Below, piece after piece: positions 25,269 to 39,464 of a stretch of 64,000 nucleotides of DNA (position 1 is the first letter of the stretch; every line of letters begins with the position of its first letter). The DNA comes from Saccostrea cucullata (Eukaryota). The translations under genes and the position numbers were made by a program. The notes below the pieces were generated by a model, which saw only the letters and a list, made by a program, of their open reading frames with translations, ran no database searches and was not told where the DNA came from. The stretch lies in assembly GCF_032062105.1 (NCBI RefSeq), contig NW_026930899.1:1-64000 (forward strand), given 5' to 3'.

Positions 25269-25671
25269 TAAGAATTACTTGAATACCTTGATTTATTGAT
25301 TTTATTTCTGTATTTTAATATATGAGAAATTATTAATTTAAAGAAAAGCTAAAATGTAATTTACATGTACACGATGAAAACTTATTGGCTATATTATTGC
25401 GAGATTCTCGTTTTTTTTTGTTTTTTTTTTTGAATTTGGGAATTTTTCCAGCCTTATAGATTGTACGATAAGACACAGAACTATTCATCATTATCATCAT
25501 TTAAAATGTTCAAATGACTAAACACATATTATAAATAATATAAAACATCATTTTCATATCCGGCTTCCCATCCAAAAGCTTACTTAAAATGCATTTTCCG
25601 GATTAAGGATATTTTTATTTCAGATATTTGCATATACATGCTTTATTCCTTCCTTAAATCTAGATACAAGT

Positions 25672-27189
25672 ATGCAACCGGCAGCAGGGGTCTGTGTAAA
25701 GTAAGACTTTTTTCCTTTATACCAAAACACCGTTTTTTTTTCAAATAGTTTGATGCCTAATTAATCATATTTTTTCTCCATAATTATAATTAAAATTAAT
25801 TTCAGACCTGGTGGTGTATCCGAATGTTGTTTAGGTTTTCATTTAGTTAACGGTAGTTGCCAGAGTAAGTATCAAGAACTTAGATAGACAAAAGCAAAGT
25901 GGATCAAGTTATTTTTTCTTCAAATAATCACATTTAACAGTTTTTGATCTTGAATTAAGAAGCAAGTTAATGTTCTTCCATAAGTAATTAGCCTTTGTTT
26001 CTTAATTGATAAAGTTCAGATTCTTTTTAAATAATCTCTATTAATGAAACTTTATTTTCCCCATATCTAACAGAGTGTCCAGACGGTACATTTGGTGCCG
26101 AATGTAAGGAATCATGCCCAGAGGGGCGGTTTGGAGCACAGTGTGCAGAGGAATGCACTTGTCCACCAGATGTATGTAAGAAGCACAATGGCTGTCCCAA
26201 AACTGGTAATTAAATCGTTAAGATAATATAAATTCTTTATAGATTTTTGTTTAATTTAGCAATGCTAGTTAATTAACAATGATTATCAAATATTTATATA
26301 CATGAATATCGTTATTGTAGAACTTGTGGTTTCTGAAGTAGTCACTACAGAAGCACCTAATACATCTTTATCGCCCTCTTACTTTACGTCCTCGACACAA
26401 GCATATTCCGCTTCACAGTCCTCAATTTCCACATCAATAGATGTATCAACAGTACCTAGTAGTACTTTGATTGCAAGAAGTACCAACAACTTATCTGTAC
26501 AATCATCTTTACCCCAGCTCATAACTCCTACTCAAGGAATTGCTTATAGCAGCGACGTAAAGTTAGTGATAGGAATGGGAGCGGGAATGGGGCTGCTTCT
26601 GGTTGTTATCCTTGTGTTGGTGGCACAAAGATGTCTGAGTAAGAAAATGAAGCAATACGACTCAACTAAGCACGTCAAATACAAACCATCTGAGGAAAGA
26701 AGTTTATCTGTAGTATATCAAGAAATTAATTACGATTTGATGGAAGAGACAGCAATTGTGAGAAAATCAAGCAAAGAATACAAACAATATCAAGTGATTG
26801 AGAAAGAAAGCACCACAGGTTCCAAATATGAAGGAATTCAACCATGTGGGTTACATGCTAAAGTCAACTCGTCAACATACCTCGACGTTGAGCCACCTGA
26901 TATCCAATCACCCATTGAAGCTCAAAGAGAACCCTTATCTACAGAAAAGAAATATTCCTATGTAGAAGTAGTCGAACCATTAGTCCATAGTGACATCATA
27001 TCCTCTGCTACAGAATACAAGAATGAAACCCCCGCATTGTATGATGAGCCTGATTTAACTGAGTGTGGTAGTACCACGGCCCTATGTCTTTACAGCGATA
27101 CTGGAAATGTTGAAATTGCAATTAAGACATGCACAGAAAAATCTGAAGACAGGATAGACCCTGCTTATCTTGATGTAATCAACATTTAA
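25672..27189 (+). CDS. G5: single-EGF receptor, long S/T stalk, long multi-tyrosine tail
   Basis: Exons 25672-25700 (MQPAAGVCV), 25806-25864 (SECCLGFHLVNGSCQ), 26074-26205 (EGF), 26321-27189 (TM LVIGMGAGMGLLLVVILVLVA, tail ending AYLDVINI). An additional upstream exon cannot be excluded. Confidence 0.85.
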
Positions 27190-28038
27190 AAATGTCACAT
27201 TTTCTTTTTTCACTGAGTTTTACTTCTTAGTTGGTTTGCAATACGTCTAAAGCAATTTGGAAATTTAGAAGTGTGTGCAAAAAACTAGCTTCAGTGAACT
27301 TGTAAAATTAGTTAAATTACACTGGAGAACATAAATTTGGTTAAGGTAAAAGATATAACACGATTATAAAACAATTTTAAGACAACTATCGTTCTTATTC
27401 AAATTCTTTGCACTTTTCTCGCCCTCCATTCAAAATTATATTGTCACTTGGTTTACCATATCGAAAAAAGTATATATTTAAATCATTCATTCATATGTTT
27501 TGATCTTCTTGCATGCATACACTTGACTTTTGTTAAAAGAGGATCTCTTTTCCGTAGTGCAAGTTTGAAGGTCATTTATCTCTATGCTACAGTAGAAAAT
27601 AAGAAAAAATAACTATTAGCTTTTTGATTTCATTAAATAAGATAAACTGTAAAGTTTAGAAACCCCTTAGCACCAACTGTTTAAATGTTTTACGATTGTT
27701 TTTAAACAAAACAGGGTCAACCCCCAAGCTGAAGTTCAAAAGGACAAATATCACGGTACCCAAAGAAAAATATCGTCACAAGAAATACACATGCAAAAAA
27801 TTTAAAAAAAAATTATACTATGTCTTCAATTAATCTAAGTTTTTTGCAGCCAATTATAGACAGAGAGACAAATAGCTAGAAAGACCCATGGACAGGCCAA
27901 ATCTCTAATTACGGGGACATAAGAAATACAACATATATAGAATATCCGTATTTTTTAAATATCAAAAATCAAATTATCTAATAGATTGACTTTTGAAATA
28001 GTTTCTTATGCAGAGTAGAAGAAAGCACTGCTATTACT

Positions 28039-29042
28039 TAAGGAATCACTGTCTAGTTTTGAGGGTATGCCAGGGCATCAACAATAGTGGGAAACATGGG
28101 ATAATTTGCATAACGGGCGAAGCCCGTTATGCTAAAATTATCCCATGTTTCCCACTATTGTTGATGTCCCTGGCATACCCTCAAAACTAGACAGTGATTC
28201 CTTATATTTCCATTTTTACTTGAAATAACCATCTTAAAATAAATCGAAATACCGTCTAATTGAGTAGATTTGAAATGCACAAGGCCCCATGACGTCAAAT
28301 TTTACTATAAAAAATAGTCCCAAAAACACGAAACAAATTTATTGACTATTTATATTTACCGTAGTCAAATATCAACATTTATAAAATAAACAATAAAAGA
28401 ATTTTAAATGATGATCAAAGTAATCTTGTTGACTTTAATTATATATGTGACCTAGATTTAGGTTGTCGGAAGCACGAACATATATAGGCACTATGTCACT
28501 TCTCCGCTGCCATATTGAATGCAATGTTGCAGTTGATGAAACGGGAGCTGGTCAGCATGGTCAGGAAACCGATTTGTATGGATGTTATAATAACAGAAGA
28601 AGTTGAGTTGCTTAAGAAGTCGGATGGTAATGACTAAGGGACGATGTCTGTATCAGATGATGGAGTACGTGCAGATCCATGTGGCAATGTCAATTTCTCC
28701 ACGTGGCTGTTTACCCTGTTTTACGGAAGTGGAGTTCTCGGTCTCGCAAGGCCTCGTTGATAGTGGACAGCTTTGCGCTAGTGACTTGCTTTCGAGCCGA
28801 AGATAATTCATTATTTATTTTGTTTGTTAAAAAGATATATCAATCAAATTACTTAGTAAACAATTAAACAAAACATCTATTTTTTCTTGAGTATATTTAT
28901 ACGCCAGTGATATACATGCAGGTTGACACCTGACCTTTCAGTAATAGAGAAATATACATACCACAGGGTATTATCATGAAATTAACAAGATACACTTTTG
29001 TAGTGTTTATCATAGAGAAAACAATTGGAAATGGAAATATAA
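28039..29042. mobile_element. Non-autonomous element with a 166-bp terminal hairpin and asymmetric inverted repeats
   Basis: Near-perfect palindrome 28039-28204 with a GCGAAGC tip (28117-28123). TTATATTTCCATTT (28202-28215) is inverted at 29029-29042. Confidence 0.6.
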
Positions 29043-31216
29043 TTTAATAAATGTATTTATATGAACTGGTACCATATCAAATTAACCTACAGCCTTTTTT
29101 GCAAGGACAAACATGGTCTTTTTGAGGCTTGCTGTACATATTCAGTCATTAGGTTCAGACAAATGTTCGTTGTCAACATTAACTATTCATTGTAGATGGT
29201 AAACTGCACGTACATTAGCGGAGAATGCTTAATGATTCGTTAGCTAGTCTGTAAGCTACGAAAATTTCTCTCAAATTATTCATTGAAACACTGATTTGTA
29301 AATTTTGGGCATAATAGAGAAGTATATTGTTAGTTTGTTAGTTAAAATACCCCTTCTTGGAATCTTATAGATAATGATATACACTCTAATTGTGCAGCTT
29401 AATTGAAGAGTATATGAGTATGATGTGTATGGACTTTGTAGTTTCACGGCATTAAACATTTGTAATGTTCAAATCCGTAACCATTTAAATTTGCTCTGCT
29501 CCTATTTTTGTATTGCTAATGGACTTCTGATCTTGAATACTCTTTATTATCTCCATATGTTTCATAAACTTTATTTTAAAAAATATTAACCTGGAGAAGA
29601 CACTTTATATTCCCAGAATATGATAATCTAGTACGTGTATATATGAAAAGAGATCGAGGTAAATTTACATAAAAGACATATGTCTACGAAATAAAAAAAA
29701 AAACTTCCTATTTCCTAAAAAAGAGACATTTTTTGTGTTTTGCAATGATACACAAACTTGAAGGGGTTCAGAAATGATTTTGCATCCGCATTTTTTTTTT
29801 TTACTTTAATGTCTCAAATGAAATATTGCAACGAGAATCTATTATTAATGAACAGTCGCCAAACTAAATGTGCAATTAATTTGCGGGGGTTGTATACCTG
29901 GTAATTAATTATTAGTTGTTTGGAAATTATTGAGACATTTGTATATTCCTTTTTCAAATGAACGTCTTTCGGTGAAAATTTGCATATTCATTTGACAGAC
30001 ATCAGAATTAATAAGAACAACAAATAATTTACAAATATTCAATTTATTCTTCTCTATGGTATTTAAATGATTCATGATCAATGATGGAGATACCCGACGC
30101 AGTCACAAAATTAAATTCTAAAAATGTGTAACATCAACCTTAAAACTACCGGTGGATACAAACCAGAATCAAAAACACTTTAATTCAGGAATTTTTTTTT
30201 TCAATTTGATTTTGACTTCATTTGGTGATAGTTTGTTAGAGTTTGTTAGAAATACGGAGATCATACATACAATTAAGCGCGGTATGAAAACTTGTGAGCG
30301 ACGACAAAACTTGTGTTAACTTCAAGGCTGCGCAGCGAACCTCCAGAAGTGTATAAATTGTTTACAGCTATGGTTTATTTTTTTCCTCTTGTGTACTTTA
30401 TGGAGTAAAGTAAATTTTTCAATTATTTCTGAACACTCTTTGTATAGTGATTATAGCAGAAGCATAACTCATTTTCCTTTTCTCCTATTAAGTATTCTCT
30501 CATCGTCTTAATTCATCTTATCATATATATTTTTCAAACTGACTTGATCTTAACGATGAAGACTGATAGCTAGTACATGTATTTTAATTGTAAATGGTAC
30601 CAGTTTAACTGTACATTCATCCCTAAGCAGACTTACAATCCCAATTCAAGATATTCTTACAGTAGTGAGAGTACGGACTGGGTCTAATTCTGTATTATTT
30701 CCTTGTGTAAATGAAAAAAAAAGATTTCCGAGAAAGAGGAAATATATGGTCTAAAAGGGAAAATTAAAGCAATTTGGGGCAGGAGTTTATTTGAAGTATC
30801 TGTATGAAAATAAAAACTGAAATTTATAGAGTAATCGAGCTCATGTCTACATAATTATTTTGCATCTTGCATCTACGATGTCAGATCCCAGCGTTAGTAG
30901 ATAGATTTACCCATATTAAAATTATATTTTCTTACAAGATTCGTAACTTTCATGTCAACATAATTTACTTGCATGTTGACATAAATATGTGGCATGTTTA
31001 TATAATCATGTTGCATGCTAACATAACTTATCTTCCATGTAGGGAACAGAAATATGACACCAAACAAAACTAATTGCATAAATGCTCCAATAGTCATTAT
31101 ACAACACGGAAACATATCTTATTCGATGGAATAATCAAGGCATACTTTATTTATAGATCACCGCCATTTTGATTTTTAATCGCACAGAATATAATTTCTT
31201 TTAGCTTTTAACTTGA

Positions 31217-32764
31217 ATGGATAAAACCGGAATTTGTAAGGAGTAAGTCTATTCAAAAGAGCATGCTTGCATATTTTTAGCGAATATTATGTTGTAACAA
31301 TATTATTTTTCTTGATCTAGATCAAAAGATGGTATTGAATGCTGCGTGAATCATTATCTTAAAGGAAACTCTTGTGAAGGTGAGTTTAAAAATACAAAAA
31401 ATTACAGTTTTTTCATTCTTTCATCATCATTAAAGTCATTATTTAAACTATTATAATTATCCTTTATCCTTTTCCACAGAATGTTCAGTCGGTTGGTTTG
31501 GCTGGAATTGTGTGAATTCTTGCCCTTCAGGAAGTTATGGTTGGCTGTGCTCAAATCGCTGTGAATGTCCGGATCAGCTTTGCAATTTTGTCTCGGGTTG
31601 TCCAACCGATAACAAGGTCACTCTGACGTTAGATTCAAACTCCTCGACATCTACAAGTGCAAGGAATAACACTAAAGATGTCTTAGAGACGTCTAGCAAA
31701 GGCTCTTCTGGTGAATTTAAATTTACCCTTTTTCAGTACAAAAATCCAAATTATTTGATCTGGAGTTTATAATATTTTTCTTGATATTCATTTTTTCTAA
31801 ATAAAAGGATATTGCATGAATATCCTCATCTCTTTTACAAATTTCAGTCATTATTATTTTCTGTTAAAATATCTTAAGCTTTAAAATGCAAGAATGTGAC
31901 CCCAATATTTTTATTATGATTCGTAAACGCTATTTATAATTTTTATGTTCAGATTGGTGATTTATATGTTTTAAAAATCAAAGTGGTGCATGCATATCGT
32001 TAAAGGTACTTCTTAAACGATTTTATTTAGATCCAGCAGTATTTCGATCGTCTAAGTCACCAGACTTGTCATCGTTATCCTCATCATTTTCATCATTATT
32101 ACCAACATCATCGTCCACATTGCAGTTAACCTCTACAACTTCCACCGTCTTAAAATCAACTGTGACAATGAGAAAGATATCTAACTCTGAAAATGGGACT
32201 ACAGATATCGCCGTAATACTTGTACCCATCGGAATCGCTATTGTATTCCTACTTATCACCATTATACTTATGATCGCTTGGAAACTAAATCTTGTACAAC
32301 GTCACAATCAGGTTTTGACGTCAGAAGTGATAACGTTGAAGAATGTAACTCAGTCAAGCGAGGAAACTGCAGACTATCAAGAAATTAACCTTGGACCGAG
32401 ACCAGAAAGATCATCTGAACAATTCAAAGTGAAAGGGGATCAGCAACATTATCATACAATTTTAGAGCAACATCTTTCTCAGTCATCTCCCTCTAAATAT
32501 CAAGAAATTAATAGAATTGAAGAGGAAAAAATATCAGAACATTTTTCAACAGAAAATGAGCAAAATTCTTCTTCGGCGTATCTTATATCTACATCTACAA
32601 AACCTGCGCATGCGTATATTGATGTTATAGAAACCTCACAGGAGGATATTGAGGCGAAGTCCAAAGCGTCTTTACTCACAGAGGAATATGATGACACTCT
32701 GTGCCATACCGACAACGAATTCAAATCGGCTGAAAATATGTATCTTGATGCCATATACATATAA
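31217..32764 (+). CDS. G6: single-EGF receptor, no signal peptide, long tail
   Basis: Exons 31217-31242 (MDKTGICK), 31321-31379 (IECCVNHYLKGNSCE), 31480-31710 (EGF plus stalk), 32031-32764 (TM IAVILVPIGIAIVFLLITIILMIAW, tail ending MYLDAIYI). Confidence 0.87.
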
Positions 32765-33599
32765 GCTGCCATGAATTTATAAAATGCAAATAAATTTTTT
32801 AAAAAGTTTTGTTGTACGTTATTGTTGGGATAGTTAAGTATTAATTTCATATGATGCATGGAACCTTCCTAGCTTTAAAGTTCCTGGCCTCAAGCCCACA
32901 GACTGAGAGCAGACAATTCAAAGTTTTGTTTAAGAATAACTTGAGATCTATTCTATACACTTAGGTGCATAAAAATCGCACGATTTTAAAATAAACAAAT
33001 CTAAACACGTATTGACAGTTTTTCAACATTATCAAAATTATTTGTAAAGCTTAAAAGATTTAAAATTTTGCCTGAAGTGTTTTTCTCGATCAATTGTTTT
33101 AGAATATGTACTCAGTATAGCCAGCATTTGAAGAATCAATTTCAAGTGGACACTCAGGTTTAAGTTAGACATTTTAAGATATATAGATAGTCATCATCTT
33201 TTATCAATAATTATTGAAAAAAGAGTTTTAAATATATACTTGTTGTTATCAAGCATATTATCTGTTGTGGATGCAATAATTTTGCAATACTTTTACCTCA
33301 CTTTTAGAAAACTTTCAAAATTTAAGCACATTCAAATAGTTTTTCCGGCTCAAAGAAATAATACTTTCCTAAACAATTTTATTTTTGCAGCTTTCTGAAA
33401 ATGGTTTAAAAAACAATGCACTGCATAAATCTCAAATTTAATTATTAATGCTTTTCAACTTAATTACAGTGTTACTAATAAGGCATTTCCTGTCAAAATC
33501 AAGAATTTTTAAAACTATATGTAATTTTTTTGTTTGTTGAACAAAAGTTTCATAGTTAGAATTATATGCATGTAATTTGTTTATTGTTTGAAACCTTCA

Positions 33600-35979
33600 A
33601 TGGAGACTGGAAGATGTAACAGGTACATGTACATGTTCATTCTTTTTATAGTTATGAGAAGTAAAAATAATTGTAACAGTGTTTCAGTTGACAGTAATTA
33701 AAGGAATGCTCTAAAGCACAATGATTTAATGGTAAACAACAATAATAGTATAAACTTTTTATGTTTTATTATTTAAAAAAATCGTCTGAACAATTATAGA
33801 ATTAGAGATAATATAGGAATAGAAATTTTGGGGGTATCTCTATTTTTCATTTTTGGTAATATTATTCTTAAAGTTAAGATTAGATGTGTTATAACAACAT
33901 TGTGAAAATAAGAAGTGTTAAAGCAAATATTAAAAAAATACTTCTTTATTTATTATTATGATGCCGTAGTCGATGTTTTTACTCCAGAAAACCAAAAATA
34001 AGTATGAGATTAAAAAAAAAATAACATAAGAGGTTCACAATAAGCATTATGTAATAAGGAATTCGTGAAAGTATCATCAACAATAATTCTTTGATATAGG
34101 TGAAGTTGCATATAAAAGAGGGTACCCATCAATATCATATAAAGAATTACAGCATCCATGTTTGCTACGGGAAACCAAAAATATGTGTCGGATCAAAGAG
34201 TCAAATATGTGGTCACAATAGCACTATGTAACGAAGATTTCGTGAAACATTCTTTAAATTTTATTCACTGGTATAAGAAAAGTTGCCCATAAAAAATGGG
34301 TACCCCAAACAGATGGACGCACATGTATGTACACTTAGACAGACAGATGGACGGACATCCCAATCACTGTATACCCTCCCAATTTTCAAGAGGGAATATG
34401 AAAATAATTGAGATATGGCAAACAGTTATCAATCTTAGGAAACATATGTGCAGGGAACAGGGTCCATGCAGGAGTAAGCATCCACTACCGACGGTTACAC
34501 CCTATGTATGCCCCTAATCATGATCAGAAAAACGGAAAAATACGTAGGCATTTCAAAATGTAAACTAGAGATACTGTGAGCACTGAGATTAATAAAAGAT
34601 ACCCCAACCCTTATATTTTTACAATGGCAAAGACCATGTTTTTTTTATCTGGGAAACCAAAATATGTTTCAGATGGAAAATGAAATAGGAATAATACAGT
34701 GACATTATGTAAACTTTGCTCATTTAAATGCTATAAAATATTTTTTATTAAAGCCCTCAAGACATCATTGTTGTATGCTGCACAAACTTTTACCAGACGA
34801 ACAATGCTTGTAGACGTAAGTAATCTAAGGAATAAGAGTCTATTGCTCGAAATACATTTGAAGAGGTTTATAAGAGATACACGTATTACGAGCTCATGGC
34901 AATAATCATTTTCATATGCACAAAAATGTACGCGTTATCTAAAAAAATTGAAACATTAAGTAGAATGATCTCTTTCAAATCGATTTATAAAAATGTCGTT
35001 CTTTAATCCTACTAAGTCTGCATTTGAATATACGTGTGTAATATCTTTTGATTTGAAAAAAAATATTTCTGAATATGGATATCGTAAGGATTTTGATACT
35101 GTCATGCTTTGACCTACCAATCTTGACGCAGACAACAAGCAGTTTATCCTTAAGCTAAGTGTACCTTCTATTTCCTTATTCTTTTATAGCTTGTCCTCCG
35201 GGTTCATATGGAAGAAACTGTTCGCTCACGTGTCCACCAGGCTGGTTTGGGAGTGAATGTAAATACTCGTGTGATTGCCAGCTTTCTGATTGTTACCCAA
35301 CATATGGTTGTGTGACGACAACTACCTCTAAAGCATCATCATTTCCGTCAACATTTAATTTAAGAGATGCATCTCAAGGTGGGGATATAGAAATGAAGAA
35401 TAAAAGTAGTTTTAAGTATCTAAATCAAATTATTTCATTTATATTACAATAATGAGATTGATTTCAGATAAAACGACGGTTTCTTTCCTAGAAGTCAGTG
35501 GTTCATCTTATCTAAGAAGTGTAACAACATCAATTCTTTATAAAAATCCAGGTCTCAGGGTATCTCAGCCGAATTACTCTGCTGTTATTGTCACCGTGTC
35601 TGTTGTGGTTGTATTACTTATAACAATTGTGTTTGCCATTCTTTTTCGGAAAATCATCATGCTACAAAACAGAAATAACATGATATCGCAAGAGGTTGTT
35701 GCATTAAAAATGACATCAGTAAATGATAACAATGTGTACGATCAGTTTAGGGAAGATATATCAGCATCAAATGTCTACAATGTAATTGACGAAAATAAAA
35801 CTTCGCAAAACAATATTGACAATTATTTGGAACTTAAAAGACACTCAGGGACCAATTGTCATCGCTCTATGCAGGTTTCACCTCCAGAAATACAATCTGC
35901 GATAGACGATGAATCAGAATACTTGGATCCAGTTTCAGATGCTGGAGTAAGCAATGCATATATTGACGTTATTGCTTAG
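33600..35979 (+). CDS. G7: single-EGF receptor, no signal peptide, medium tail
   Basis: Exons 33600-33622 (METGRCN), 34754-34815 (VVCCTNFYQTNNACR), 35190-35378 (EGF plus stalk), 35468-35979 (TM AVIVTVSVVVVLLITIVFAILF, tail ending EYLDP..NAYIDVIA). Confidence 0.83.
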
Positions 35980-36594
35980 GTTGTCTGTTCAGCAATATAA
36001 TAGGTATAGCTTGGTTGTTTTATACCGGACATCTATGTCGTGGAGTGATCAATTTCGGTCAATGACAATTTTATGACTTTACTGAATAAATAACATTTTA
36101 ACAAGATTACATAAATATGTCTTTTATTATATCTTTATTTTTGTCTCGCTGCTATGGAGATAATTCATTGCACAACTTTCAATAATTTGCAAAGAAGCCT
36201 GAGTTTAATTTCACTATTTTGAAATGTGTTTCTTTACCTCGGAGATTACCATTTAATGTGTTTCGCAGAAAACGTTTAAATTTTTTCTCTATTTTTGTCT
36301 TTTAGAACCTTTATATTTATTGCTAAGCCATGAATACAATTTTCAAAAGGCCCTTGATTTTGGTTCTAAATGAAAAAGTTATTTTCTTTTATGCGATAAA
36401 CATAAAACAACTATATAATTCTGGCTTCTGCTTCTTATTTGGCCTTGAAAACTGCAAAAATCATAAAAATGCTGAATCACCAAAAAGTGCATAAAAACAA
36501 CAAAAACACAAGATGTGTTTGCTTTTTTGTGAAGCACTATGCGCCCGGCGGCAACAAAATTCGAAAAGGCTATTTTTAGCATAGAGGTAACAGG

Positions 36595-36910
36595 ATGATA
36601 TGGTGATAACGAACAGTATTCAATATCAAAGTCCATAAAACAATACAAAATTATTATTAATAGGAGCAGAGCAAACGCGGATCTCCGAAACATCAGAGTT
36701 GGAATCAGGTGCCATGGAGGCGTGAGCTCCTTGTCATGAACAGGAAATAATGGAAAAATCCGTCGTCAATTCATTGTATAAAGAATGGACTTACAATTAG
36801 TATGAAAAGCGTCAGTCAGCGGTTGAGTCCATAATAAATTGTATTTGCTGACAAGGTCATTTTATCGACCATAGAACTTACGAAATGATGACTTTAAAAC
36901 GAAACTGCTG
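36595..36910 (-). mobile_element. Penelope-like 3' end fragment
   Basis: High similarity to 24553-24880. Confidence 0.8.
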
Positions 36911-36919
36911 ATATAATAA

Positions 36920-37400
36920 AGTTTACGGGGTCATTGACCTTTGTGTCATTTGAAAGAACATAATAAGTAAAGTACATGTATGCATACAAAATTCACTCTC
37001 TTTTACTATCTCTTATGATTCAAAAGTTATGGCGAAATTTCAAAAAGGCTATTTTTTATAAATATGTTTCATTCAAGGTCACAAGGTAACCGGTATTTAA
37101 AGGTGTATGCATACCAAGTAGGAAGTCTCTATCTCCTATGGTTCAAAAGTTATGACAAATGTCCGAAAAAGACTTTTTTAGCATATAGGTCACAGTCAAT
37201 GTCAAACGGTCATTGACATTCTGTCATTGGAAAGAACATAATTAGTGAAGTATGCATACCAAACATGAAGTCTCTATCTCTTAAGGTTCAAAACGAAGTT
37301 ATGACGAAGGTTAAAGTTGACAAGAAACCGACAGACAAACAGATAGACAGACAGGACAAAAAGAATATACGTCCATCTATCGACCTGGGTGCACAAAAAT
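36920..37400 (+). mobile_element. Helentron-associated (HINE-like) element with tandem core repeats
   Basis: Repeated GGTCATTGAC..TATGCATACCAA..GAAGTCTCTATCTC..GGTTCAAAAGTTATG units, then a GACA microsatellite and a short terminal hairpin. Similar architecture at ~27700-27925, 34030-34400 and 62465-62730. Confidence 0.6.
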
Positions 37401-39464
37401 GTAAAGCATATTTATTCTAAAACGTCTAATACAAATCGACTTTTGATCTTAATTCGATATTTTTTGCATTATTTCTTCAAATTCTTTCTTATATCGGTAA
37501 TGAGAATATTCATTTTTGTATTTAAATCTTAAAGATAAGAAAAATTTTCACCATCAAAATGACTGGTTGATGAGGAAAATTCTTCTCAAGAATTACCATA
37601 ATCCAAACATTTTTCATTTTTCAGACATTGTTAATTGTGCAAGAGAAATCTTTTAGTGGACATAAAATCAAATACCTCAGACAACAACCATGGATGAAAC
37701 TTTGTCTGATGTTTAAATGGACTGTCATGATTGCAAAAATAAAAAAAGTATACAGTTAATCTGAAAAATGTACATATTTGTTCTAGAAATAACCATGTGA
37801 ATATTACGATTTCTGTTTCCTTCATGTCCCTTTAATCCTTTGGTGTTTTTATGTAATTGTACGGACTTGCACAGACTGGTCTTACTTTATTAAAATTACA
37901 TCATAATTTGAATTAAAGGAAATGTACAATTCAATAATAATTATAAGATCAAACATTCATCAATTTTGTACCAGACAAAACATATATCACGTGCTTACAT
38001 ATTATTAAACGCACACTACATTTTAAAATTAAGTTAAGTGATCAAATTGGAATTTAGAAATAAGCATTGCGATCACTGATATATACTGTATGACCTTTTA
38101 GCTCGTGTTGATGTCACTGAGTTGAATTTTTTAACATTCTTTTCGTTTTACTGGTTTTTCGATTAATTTTAGAAAAGAGATATATATATTCTTTTAAATG
38201 AGCAAAGAATTACCTATATGTATAAAGCATTAAATTACCGATATCCATCAAAATTACGAATATTGTTGCAAAATAATATTAAATGAAGCGAACATCACTA
38301 CGTCTATTAACCTTTTTTGCAGCATTAGTCATTCATAACGTTAGTGTCATTGAATATGAATCTTTTTCTGAACGACACTTTTATTATTTAAAACTAGGCA
38401 TATTAGTCAATTTTCGTAATCTCTTTTCTTAACTATCATTACCTTAGAATTCTATTTATCAAGTAATTTTGCTTAAAAAGACAGAAATGCTTTGATTAAA
38501 AATTAAAAGACCCCCCTTTTTTACTTTCTTTATTAGAAGCCCTATTGGTGTGAACATTTAACTCAAGAAATAGATTTAGATGGGATACTAAGTAATTGAG
38601 TAGGGTAAAGGAGTGGGTGTTGCAACAACTATTGAAAAAAACAGCTGTAGAATTAGTTATTTCCATGGTGGTTAAAAGTGCATTTCAAAACAATGCATAA
38701 GTTGTAACCACTATTGAAATAATGTTCACTACTGACATAACTATTTTAATAAAGGTTTTGAATTTATTTTAAAACCTAAACCAGGTTGCAACCAATTTTA
38801 AAATATAACCACTATTGAAATAAAAATTTCAATAGAGATTTAAATGAAAATTTCAATAGGGATTGAAATGAAAATTTCAATAGTAATGAAGAAATGGGTA
38901 AATGCAGAAGACAAGCCTTTCTAAGAACTTTTATAATGAGTCGTGGATGATATAGGGCCCTAAGAGTTCCCGAGTCTAGGACTTCATTTTTATAAGAGAC
39001 ATTTTATATTTTATTTTAAAGATGAACTTTTTATAAGTAAAAAGAAATCTTGAGTCAAACACACACATGACTGGTAATCACACGTCATAAAGAGCCTAAA
39101 CAAAAATTATTATGCTCACAATTATATATTTACAAATCATATTTTTCTCCGCCTACTTAAACTTCCTTTATAATTAAATTTAATTGCGCTTTCTACAGTA
39201 CTACAAATAAAATACCATTTTTTTTTTCTGAAAATGAGATGTACAGATGTCAGCAAAAGGTCATCTGGAGTTTAAAAGATCTTATTTATATTAGACGACA
39301 TTATTTAAACCGATTAAAATTATCTAGTGATTAGATTGAATTTATGAGTAGATTTTCCTGAACGGATACTGAGAAATAATCAAATGAAAAAAGTAATATT
39401 TATCATTACAACCCACTAGTTTACAAATTGTTAAAAGTCGTTATTCGTCATACAAGAGACAGTA

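Noticed and set aside
21887-32859. Minus-strand ORFs overlapping terminal exons (21887-22150, 32023-32262, 32500-32859)
   Set aside because: Antisense shadows of the S/T-rich coding exons.
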